From Acidobacteriota bacterium (GTDB taxonomy: Bacteria; Acidobacteriota; Vicinamibacteria; Vicinamibacterales; CAVVIG01), in contig JADZED010000041.1 in assembly GCA_020850715.1 (NCBI GenBank), forward strand, positions 10,623 to 74,622: a stretch of DNA of 64,000 bases. Direction: 5' to 3'. The notes under the pieces were generated by a model, which saw only the letters and a list, made by a program, of their open reading frames with translations, did no database searches and had not been told where the DNA came from. The position numbers and the translations under genes are program-made. This document shows, piece by piece, positions 1-7,354 of the stretch (the first letter of the stretch is position 1; each line of letters begins with the position of its first letter).

Positions 1-1507
1 TCGGATACTTCGAGGTCATCGCGAAGTCGTCGAGGACCGCGCTCGTCAGCGCTGGTGGAGGGACGCGCACATCGAAAAGCCCGCGCATCTCGGCGTCTTC
101 AAGCCCCGCTCGCAGACACTTGGGGAACGTGGCCGGTGAACCATGAAGCTCTTGGCGCTCCGCGACAAGTGCCTGCACCCGCTTGAACACCTTCCCGGCC
201 GGATCGGTTGATGCGGCGTCGCCCACCAACCGCACCGTCACGTCGTAAGTGCTCATGCCCAGACGGTTTACGCGTCCGAGCCGCTGAATGAGGCTGTCGG
301 CGGCGCAGGACTCGACGCCCAGGTGATCGCAGTCGATGTCCGCGCCGACCTCGACGCAGGATGTCGCGACGAGAAACATCGGCGAGTCCTTCGGCTCCGA
401 GCGATCTCTCTGGCTTCTTAGGCGCATGTACTTGGGTGAGTCTATGACGGCGTCGCGATCCCAGCCGCGCATGCTGCCTGTGAGCGTCACGACGTGCTCG
501 TCGGCAACACCGCCGTCGCGGAGTGCGGCGGCGCAGCGTCGAACCTCAGCGACGGTGTTCAACACGATGCCGATGACCGCACACTTATCGGCTTTCGATT
601 TCTCGACGGCCCACTTGGCAAGCTGAACGCCAACTCCGCGGTCTGAATCGAGCGGCGCGACCTCGAAGCGCTTCTTCGCGGTCAGCCGGTCGCTGACCTT
701 CTTCTCGTTAGTCTCCTGCGGCCAGGACTGATCGTCGATGATGGTGTCAGCGTCGAGGAGCTGGAAGACGCGGCGAGTGGGCGGCACGTCGGGAAGACCA
801 GGTGTTCGCCGCAGCAGATCTTGGACCGGCTCCAGCGTGGCGCCCATCCGCACGACAGAAAACGATGCGAGCGTCCCCTGGCGCCGCTCGATCGCCGATA
901 GCGTGGCCGCGAACGGCGAGCAGAGGTGAGCCTCGTCGAGGACGAGCAAACAGTCTTGCCCGACGAGACCAGCCTGCAGGGCGCGTTTCCACGATCCCAT
1001 TCGTGGCCCGAAACCACTGAACAGCAGGCGCGAACCGATCATGTCAACCGTGCCCACGATGATCGCCGGTCGCGTGGGATCGTGTGTCCAGAGTTCATCG
1101 AGCATCCGCTGACCGCGCAGAGTGGACACCTCAATCACTGAGGGCGTGAATCCAATGCTCTTCAGTCTCTTCGCGCACGCGTGTAACACGTGCTTCGAAT
1201 TCTCGGCAGCCCGATCGAGGCGTTCGCGAACCTGTTCGGCAAACTCTGAAGCTTGGTCCACAACGACGCGGCGATCGACCACGTAGGCCAGCCGACGAGG
1301 AATCAGGCTCAAAAAGCGCTCGGCGGCGCGGTCCAGAGCCAAGATCCATAGCGCGATAATCGACGTCTTTCCGAGCCCGGTCGGCAGCTCGATGTCGGTT
1401 GGAAATCGTCCGGCCTCAAGATCCTTAAATAGCCGGTATTGCCAGCGGCACGCCCCATCATGCCCGGTGAGTTCACGGTAGCGATCGTTGAACCGTTCGA
1501 ACGACAT
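1..1507 (-). CDS. cas3: Cas3-like DEAH-box helicase, N-terminal about 502 aa (partial; continues past the window start). The helicase-first layout resembles type I-G/I-U Cas3.
   Basis: Hand translation of the minus strand; the ORF is absent from the track because it has no stop inside the window. The ATG at 1507 is preceded by AGGAG. Motifs seen: IELPTGLGKTSIIALW (motif I), LVLDEAHL (DEAH), MGATL (motif III), VATSCVEVGADIDCDHL and LIQRLGRVNRLG (motifs V/VI). Confidence 0.6.
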   Translation of the reverse strand, partial: MSFERFNDRYRELTGHDGACRWQYRLFKDLEAGRFPTDIELPTGLGKTSIIALWILALDRAAERFLSLIPRRLAYVVDRRVVVDQASEFAEQVRERLDRAAENSKHVLHACAKRLKSIGFTPSVIEVSTLRGQRMLDELWTHDPTRPAIIVGTVDMIGSRLLFSGFGPRMGSWKRALQAGLVGQDCLLVLDEAHLCSPFAATLSAIERRQGTLASFSVVRMGATLEPVQDLLRRTPGLPDVPPTRRVFQLLDADTIIDDQSWPQETNEKKVSDRLTAKKRFEVAPLDSDRGVGVQLAKWAVEKSKADKCAVIGIVLNTVAEVRRCAAALRDGGVADEHVVTLTGSMRGWDRDAVIDSPKYMRLRSQRDRSEPKDSPMFLVATSCVEVGADIDCDHLGVESCAADSLIQRLGRVNRLGMSTYDVTVRLVGDAASTDPAGKVFKRVQALVAERQELHGSPATFPKCLRAGLEDAEMRGLFDVRVPPPALTSAVLDDFAMTSKYP

Positions 1508-2795
1508 GGACTCCTGGCACATGGCGTCGGGCAATCGTTCCCCACCTATGCTCGACCCTCAGATTGAGCCGGGCCGAAGCAGGCTGCGTTGGCGGCGCTC
1601 CCTAATGCCGTGGAGGCTCAACTTCGGCTCTTGTAGCTGAGCTATGCCACACCCGACCGCTGTTCTAACAGAAGGTCTCGTCGGTGATGGCAGCCCGCCC
1701 ACCGGCGGCTCCGATGCCCCGCCGATCGCCGGAAGCATACACCTGCCGCGTGACAGGTCAGGTCACAGCGCTCGAGGGCCCTCGGTCCCTGCGGGAGCCG
1801 GCCACGTGAAGGAGCACGGGACTATCTCCCGAGCGCCGTCCGGCGTCGCCTGACGACCACGCGAGGTTCTCATCTCCGAACAGCGGTAAGTGTCTCAATC
1901 CCGCCGCTTTCGCGTCGCCTCACCGCTCCCCCGCAATCAGTTGTGGACACCCCGGCGCATACCATCTCCTCCGGCCCACTCGAACCGGTCGCGCGGCGCG
2001 TCCTCGTTCGACGTCAGCCCGCTCGCGAGGGTGGAGATGCTGGGGCCGGAGCAGACAAGCGCGCGAGGGCCTCGTGCGGCCCACCTTCGCCGGGACCCTC
2101 TGCGACGATGGATCCGCCCGCCGCCATCGACGGCGCGTGCTTCACGTCACATTCGAACGAATAGATCGCCTCTCTGACGATGAAGCCGCCCGCCCCGCAG
2201 TCGATCGGTCGAGCCGCGCGTCATTCGCGACCACGACCGGACACCGCGTCGCCGGCGGGCGCGTCGGGAGGCCTCGACGAACTGAGGCTCACCCCGCGTC
2301 GATCTGCCAGATCTTCAATCGGCGGCCCTGTCGGATTTTCGACCGGCGTTGACACACGGCCTGGAACTTGCGGTACGTCGTGGTCCAGGCGCGCCGCTTG
2401 CGTCGGCGCTCCCCGCGGCGCCGCCGCCGGAGCCGACGAGCGTGACGCGATCCAGGCCGTGAGCGGGTCGGACGAGACGAGGCGACGTCGAGCCGGCGCT
2501 CCGTCCCGCGTCGCATCGCCGGGCAGGACGCGCCGAAGGGTGCCGCGGCCACACGCTCACGTTCCGCGCTCGAGAGGACGCGGCTGATCCGCTGGGCGCG
2601 CACCGGCTCGGGCCCATCACGGCCGCGCCGCGGAATCGCCCGGCCGCGTCCACCTCGCCGGAAAGAGAGGCAGCTCCAGATGAGGCCGGCACAGCACGAA
2701 CCGCTCGCGGTGCGCCCGGCCCCATGTCCCGCCCGGGCCGCGTTGTCAACGCGCGATCCGGCGGCGTGCACCGGCGCCATCGGCGCCGGCGCACG

Positions 2796-4040
2796 ATGAA
2801 GGTCGACGCGAACGTCGCCGCGCTCGGCGCGGCGCGGATGGCCGATGCCGTCGCCAACTCGTTCCTCGTCGTCGTCCTGCCGCTCTATGTCGCGAGCGGG
2901 CAGATGGGCGGCACGCTCTTCGGCCTGACCGGCGCCGCGGCGACCGGCGTCATCCTCTCGGGCTTCGGGTTCTTCAACGCCGCGCTGCAGCCGTTTGCAG
3001 GCCATCTCAGCGATCGCGCCGGACGCCGGAAGCTCTTCGTCGTCGGCGGGCTGATTGCGGTCTGCGCGCTCAGCCTGGTCTACTCGTTCGCCCACAGCTA
3101 CGTCACGGTTCTGCTGGTGCGCCTCGGGCAGGGCGCGGCCGCGGCGTTCACCATCACCGCGAGCATCGCCCTGGTGAACGAACTGAGCGCGCGCGAGAAC
3201 CGCGGTGCCAACATGGGCACGTACAATTCTCTGCGGCTCGTCGGTTTCGGCGCCGGGCCGCTCGCGGCCGGATTCCTCGTGGAATCAGGACCGTACCGGA
3301 TGTTCGGCCGGCGCATCACCGGCTACGACGCCGCGTTCTACCTCGCCGCGTTCGGCGCGCTGCTGAGCGTCGCCCTCGTCACGCGGCTGGTGAAGGAGCC
3401 GCCACGAGCGGCCGGCGTGCAGCCCGGCGCGTTCCGTCTCGCCCTGCGGGCATCCGAAGGGTCGCACGTGCTGGACCCGATCTTCGCGCTCGGCATCGCC
3501 ACGCTGCTGATGACGTCGTCGATTTCACTCCTGTCGCCGCTCGAGAAGCAGGTGAACGCCCGCCTCGGCCAGACGCCGTTCTGGTTCGGGCTCGAGTTCG
3601 CCGCCTTCGTCTTCTCGCTCTCCGCTCTGCAGCCGATCGTCGGATCGTGGAGCGACCGGTGGGGCCGGCGGCGGTTCATCGTGGCCGGACTGGTGCTGCT
3701 GGCGCCGGCGACGATGGCGGTCGGCCTGGCGGGATCGCCGTGGTGGATGGTGGCCGCGCGGATGGCGCAGGGGATCGCCGGCGCCCTCGTGTTCGCCCCC
3801 GCGCTGGCGCTCGGCGGCGATCTCGTCCGGAAGGGCGCCTCCGGCGCCCAACTCTCCGTCCTGACGATGGGCTTCGGGATCGGCATCTCGGTCGGCCAGA
3901 TCAGCGCGGGATTCCTGGTGCGATGGGGCTTCATCGTTCCCTTCGCCGCCGCCGCCGCGCTCGCGCTCGCGGCGGCCTTCGTCGTCTGGCGTGAAGCCGT
4001 GGAGCCGCCGGCCCGTGGCGGCGGAGGAACCCGCCGATGA
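2796..4040 (+). CDS. MFS transporter
   Basis: Within track ORF 2724..4040; the start is moved to the ATG at 2796 (MKVDANVAALG...). It has about 12 hydrophobic segments. The MFS loop motif is GHLSDRAGRRKL, with a second-half repeat WSDRWGRRRF. Confidence 0.8.
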   Translation: MKVDANVAALGAARMADAVANSFLVVVLPLYVASGQMGGTLFGLTGAAATGVILSGFGFFNAALQPFAGHLSDRAGRRKLFVVGGLIAVCALSLVYSFAHSYVTVLLVRLGQGAAAAFTITASIALVNELSARENRGANMGTYNSLRLVGFGAGPLAAGFLVESGPYRMFGRRITGYDAAFYLAAFGALLSVALVTRLVKEPPRAAGVQPGAFRLALRASEGSHVLDPIFALGIATLLMTSSISLLSPLEKQVNARLGQTPFWFGLEFAAFVFSLSALQPIVGSWSDRWGRRRFIVAGLVLLAPATMAVGLAGSPWWMVAARMAQGIAGALVFAPALALGGDLVRKGASGAQLSVLTMGFGIGISVGQISAGFLVRWGFIVPFAAAAALALAAAFVVWREAVEPPARGGGGTRR

Positions 4041-4128
4041 CCGCAGGTGGCCGCGCGTCGGCCAGCGGCGGAGACGAATCTCGATGCTCATGACGGCCAA
4101 GAGGAGGGCAGATGCGAGCTCGCCGCCC

Positions 4129-4443
4129 TCATCCATCGCCGGGCGGGCTGGCCTTCGCGCGCAGGGTCGCTTCGAGAACCGGGAGACTGGCAGCATCCTT
4201 CGGCCTTCCGGTCGCGCGCTTGCTGGCGAGGACGCGCTCGAGCGGAAGGACCCGAAGGCGCACCCCTTCGATTTCCCGTTCCGAGCTGTCGTCGTACTCC
4301 TCGGCAAACGGGCGAAGGCCGTGCGCCGTGAGGACGACGCCGATACGCGAGAGATCATCGCCGCCGAAGGCCGGCGGCTGCGGGGGCGCCCCGAGGGCCT
4401 CCAGGCCGGGCGCCCGGGCCCGTATGACGCCGGTCATAGGCAT
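4129..4443 (-). CDS. Hypothetical protein. The C-terminal half resembles the tail of DUF2204-type nucleotidyltransferase-fold proteins, so it may be a truncated remnant.
   Basis: 104-aa ORF. The tail VLPLERVLASKRATGRPKDAASLPVLEATL matches the common L..K..AGR.KD..D...L ending of that fold family. No N-terminal NTase GS/DxD motif is seen. Confidence 0.3.
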   Translation of the reverse strand: MPMTGVIRARAPGLEALGAPPQPPAFGGDDLSRIGVVLTAHGLRPFAEEYDDSSEREIEGVRLRVLPLERVLASKRATGRPKDAASLPVLEATLRAKASPPGDG

Positions 4444-4515
4444 GCGCGTCCCCTCGAATCACGATGAGCGCCGCTCGGTCAGCCTGTCGTCGCGGGTTCC
4501 CACGGGTCTGGAATC

Positions 4516-5214
4516 ATGGAGATCTCCACGACAGACCTCGCTCGCGTTGCGGCGTTCTCGACCCTCCCCGAGGAGACGCTCATCGTCCTCCAGCGCGTCG
4601 TCGTGACGCGCGTCTTCCATCCAGACGAGATCGTGTTCGCCGCCGGCGAGCCCAGCGGAGGCTTGTGGTTTCTCAGGGAGGGGCGGGTTCGCATCTTCCG
4701 GACGTCGGTGGACGGCCGGAAGCAGGAGTTCTGCGTCATGCACGCGGGGATGTGCTGCGGCTGCCCGCTGTTCTTCGGCGACGTGAACCCGGCCTGGGCC
4801 GAAGCGATCGACCGGGTCACGTTCTATTTCATCGAACGCAGCGCCGCGCTGCAGCTCGCCGAGCGGCATCCCGACATCGGCCGGCTGCTGTTTCGCGTGT
4901 TCGGGCGGGGCGAGCGCGTACTGGCCGCGCTGGTGGTCGGCCTGTCGGGATCGCCCGTGCACGCGCGGGTGGCCCGCACCATCCTCGATCATGTCGACGC
5001 CGATCCGGTCGCTCCGTCGCGCGTCATCGCGATCAGCCACCAGGAGCTCGCCGACAGCGTCGGCACGAGCCGGGAGGTCGTCACCCGGTCGCTCGACACG
5101 CTCGCGCGCGAACAGATCATCGCGCTGGGGCGCCGCGGCATCACGGTGCTGGATCGGCGGAAGCTGGCGCACCTGACCGGGAGGATGTGTCCCCTCTTGC
5201 CTGCCCGTCCCTGA
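4516..5214 (+). CDS. Crp/Fnr family transcriptional regulator (paralog 1) with an internal Cys cluster
   Basis: cNMP-binding beta-roll (FAAGEPSGGLWFLREGRVRIFR) plus a C-terminal HTH (ISHQELADSVGTSREVVTRSLDTLAREQII). It carries an unusual CVMHAGMCCGCP motif. Confidence 0.85.
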   Translation: MEISTTDLARVAAFSTLPEETLIVLQRVVVTRVFHPDEIVFAAGEPSGGLWFLREGRVRIFRTSVDGRKQEFCVMHAGMCCGCPLFFGDVNPAWAEAIDRVTFYFIERSAALQLAERHPDIGRLLFRVFGRGERVLAALVVGLSGSPVHARVARTILDHVDADPVAPSRVIAISHQELADSVGTSREVVTRSLDTLAREQIIALGRRGITVLDRRKLAHLTGRMCPLLPARP

Positions 5215-5409
5215 GCCGGGATCGGCCGTCCGGCCGACCGTGGACCGTCCCCGCTGAAGCACCATCACTGGGGCGGCGGGTGGCCGCAGCCGGCGCGCCC
5301 GGCCAGGCAGGGAGCCGGCAGCCGTGATACGCGTTCTTCGGCGCGCACCAGGGGTGGGCCTGTTTGCGGACAGGACCCGGCGCGCTGCGGTACTGATTCG
5401 GCCGGGACA

Positions 5410-5575
5410 CTAGAACCCATCTCATAAATGGGGGCGCAGCACCGAGGGCGGCGAGGCGCCCGGCTGGCCAGGCGCGACGACCGAGAATATCGGGAATATT
5501 TGAGGGAGGAGCAACGCTGCCAGGCGGGATGCATCGCCGGCCGAATGCCGGCCCTATTTATGGGATGGGTTCTAG
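5410..5575. repeat. Imperfect 166-bp palindromic element. The terminal 23-nt inverted repeats are CTAGAACCCATCTCATAAATGGG (5410-5432) and its near-complement (5553-5575). A central palindrome AATAT-N5-ATATT lies at 5486-5500.
   Basis: Read directly from the sequence: 21 of 23 positions match between the arms. Each arm contains an internal CCCAT-N7-AT(G/A)GG palindrome. The midpoint of the arms (about 5493) coincides with the central palindrome. These are AT-rich islands in a GC-rich intergenic region. Confidence 0.7.
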
Positions 5576-5669
5576 GACTTTAGTCACAGAACGCCCGTCG
5601 CGGCGGTGCTACAAGAACGGCCACGGTCGTTCCTGCTCGGTGCGGCACAGCGTCGGAGGCAGGTTGCCG

Positions 5670-6446
5670 ATGCGCGAGTCGGTGCGCTCACTTCGGGCTC
5701 TCCCGCTGTTCGCCGATCTGGCGGCGAGCGAACTGGAGGAGCTGTCGGGCCTGGTCGAGGAGCGGACCTTCGACGCGCACCAGGCGATCACGCGCGAGGG
5801 CCGTCTGTGGGAAGGGCTCTACGTCGTCAAGTCGGGCAAAGTGAAGATGACGAGGCGCATCGGCGTGCAGCAGGCGGGGCGCGAGCTGACGATCGCGGTG
5901 CTCGGACCGGGCGACCCCGTCAACATGACGGCGCTCTTCGAGGGCGACCGGAACGTCTTCACGACCGAGGCGCTGACGCCCGCCGCGCTGTGGGTCCTTC
6001 CCGGCGCGCGCGCGCGGGCATTCGTCTCGCGGCACCCGGCGATGCAGCGGGCGCTCCTGCGGGCCCTGAACTGGGAGCTGCGCCGCCTCGTCTCGCTCGC
6101 GAGCCGTCTCGCCTTCAGCGGCGTCACCGCGCGCCTGGCCTTCAGCGTGTTCGAGCAGACGCGCCTCACGGGCGTGCGGACCGACAGAGGCGTCGCGATT
6201 CGTCGCGATCTGACGCTGAACGACCTCGCGTCGCTCGTGGGCACGACGCGGCGCGTCATCTCGAAATCTCTCAGCGAGCTGCGCCACGACGGCGTGATCG
6301 CGGTCGAGCCGTCGCGGCTCGTCGTGCTGGACGAAGACAGGCTGGCCGAGATCGCCGGCCTGCGGCAGCACGCCCGGGCGGCGACTCGCGCCGGGCGCGA
6401 CTCCTCCGGGGCTGGACGGGCGCCGCGGCCGCCGCTCGCCAACTGA
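5670..6446 (+). CDS. Crp/Fnr family transcriptional regulator (paralog 2)
   Basis: Within track ORF 5529..6446; the start is moved to the ATG at 5670 (GGAGG lies 10 nt upstream). MRESVRSLRALPLFADL... is a typical cNMP-domain start. HTH: LTLNDLASLVGTTRRVISKSLSELRHDGVI. Confidence 0.85.
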   Translation: MRESVRSLRALPLFADLAASELEELSGLVEERTFDAHQAITREGRLWEGLYVVKSGKVKMTRRIGVQQAGRELTIAVLGPGDPVNMTALFEGDRNVFTTEALTPAALWVLPGARARAFVSRHPAMQRALLRALNWELRRLVSLASRLAFSGVTARLAFSVFEQTRLTGVRTDRGVAIRRDLTLNDLASLVGTTRRVISKSLSELRHDGVIAVEPSRLVVLDEDRLAEIAGLRQHARAATRAGRDSSGAGRAPRPPLAN

Positions 6447-6459
6447 AGGGGACAGGGGC

Positions 6460-6582
6460 ATGCCGATGGAGAAATGGGAGACGCCCGGGACGCTCGTGGT
6501 CAACTTCGTGTACATCGCGATCTTCGTCGTCCTGTACTGCCTGATCTTCTATGAGCTGGCACGGAAATGGGGGGTCCGATGA
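6460..6582 (+). CDS. 40-aa single-TM miniprotein, a candidate ba3-type oxidase subunit IIa (CbaD-like)
   Basis: Not in the track because it is under 60 aa. MPMEKWETPGTLVVNFVYIAIFVVLYCLIFYELARKWGVR. A purine-rich RBS (GAAGGGGA) lies upstream. It ends in an ATGA overlap with the next ORF and sits directly upstream of subunit II, as cbaD does in Thermus. Confidence 0.4.
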   Translation: MPMEKWETPGTLVVNFVYIAIFVVLYCLIFYELARKWGVR

Positions 6583-6776
6583 GCGCGCCCGCAGCGGTTC
6601 GCGACGGACGGCCCAGAACGATCGTGGGCGCCTGTCTCGACAGCCTCGGCTTCTGGTTCTTCCTCTGCATGCTCGAAGGCTTCGCGTTCATTCTCTGGAC
6701 GGTGGTCGAGGTGCAGAACCACTACTACTTCGCGACGATGCCGTTCGGCACGTCGGGAATGCGGATTCCGTGGTAA
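6579..6776 (+). CDS. Small membrane protein (65 aa) of unknown function in the oxidase operon
   Basis: Track ORF 6567..6776; ATG at 6579 in an ATGA overlap. Hydrophobic core: LGFWFFLCMLEGFAFILWTVV. Confidence 0.4.
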   Translation: MSAPAAVRDGRPRTIVGACLDSLGFWFFLCMLEGFAFILWTVVEVQNHYYFATMPFGTSGMRIPW

Positions 6777-6806
6777 CCGGATCGTTCTGCTGAAGGAGCG
6801 CGTGCG

Positions 6807-7328
6807 ATGGCTGGAACCGCGTTCGATCCCCCGGGAGCCGGCTGGGAGCGCAGGATGCCTCCCGACAAGCGGCTGTTCCTCTGGGTGCTGCTCGCGCAGG
6901 CCCTCTTCCTCATCGGCGTCAGCGCGACCATGCTGGCGAGCGCGCACACCAACCCGGTCAAGCAGTTCCAGACGACTCCGGAAGCCTTCTCGCAGCGCGT
7001 CGCCGAGTTCGTCGACAAGTACCAGGTTGGCCCGCGCACGGTTCGCGTGCCGCCCGGGGAAGACGCCTACCTGCTCGCGCGCATGTGGAGCTTCTATCCC
7101 GACCTGATTCTGAAGAAGGGGCAGGCCTACACCATCTGGTACTCGTCGGTCGATGTGACGCACAACCCGCAGATCGCGGGGCAGCGCCTCAGCTTTCAGG
7201 CCGTGCCCGGCCACGCACAGGGGGTGGTGCTGACGCCGACCACGACCGGCACCTTCCTCCTGTACTGCGGCGAGTACTGCGGCGTCGGCCACCAGGCCAT
7301 GATGGGCAAGATCGTCGTCGAGGACTAG
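6807..7328 (+). CDS. Heme-copper oxidase subunit II (CuA cupredoxin, ba3-like, no fused cytochrome c)
   Basis: One N-terminal TM segment followed by a cupredoxin domain. CuA motif: YCGEYCGVGHQAMMGKIVV (C-x-E-x-C-G-x2-H-x2-M), with an upstream His in VDVTHNP. Confidence 0.85.
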   Translation: MAGTAFDPPGAGWERRMPPDKRLFLWVLLAQALFLIGVSATMLASAHTNPVKQFQTTPEAFSQRVAEFVDKYQVGPRTVRVPPGEDAYLLARMWSFYPDLILKKGQAYTIWYSSVDVTHNPQIAGQRLSFQAVPGHAQGVVLTPTTTGTFLLYCGEYCGVGHQAMMGKIVVED

Positions 7329-7354
7329 CCGCCTTCACGCCGAGGAGACATCAC

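Noticed and set aside
1627-1652. tRNA-like string on the minus strand (GTGTGGCATAGCTCAGCTACAAGAGC) resembling an acceptor stem plus D-arm.
   Set aside because: No anticodon arm, no T-arm (GGTTCGAATCC-like) and no complementary 3' acceptor strand follows it. At most it is a fragment or coincidence, and it cannot be called a tRNA or an att site.
1545-2720. Possible CRISPR array or leader upstream of the Cas3-like gene.
   Set aside because: Reading both strands revealed no direct repeats of 24-40 nt with regular spacing. In I-G/I-U-like loci the array normally sits beyond cas2, which would lie outside this window.
2289-3095. A 268-aa minus-strand ORF upstream of and overlapping the MFS gene start.
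   Set aside because: It is extremely Arg-rich, has no motif and overlaps the well-supported MFS transporter frame. I treated it as spurious.
5215-5669. Canonical FNR/CRP box (TTGAT-N4-ATCAA or TGTGA-N6-TCACA) in front of the oxidase island.
   Set aside because: No match was found by eye. The different palindromic boxes that are present are reported separately as a finding.
5529-5669. The N-terminal 47 aa of track ORF 5529..6446, as part of Crp/Fnr paralog 2.
   Set aside because: This segment overlaps the inverted-repeat element and is Arg/Ser/Gly-rich. The ATG at 5670 has a GGAGG RBS, and it yields the canonical start of a cNMP-binding domain.
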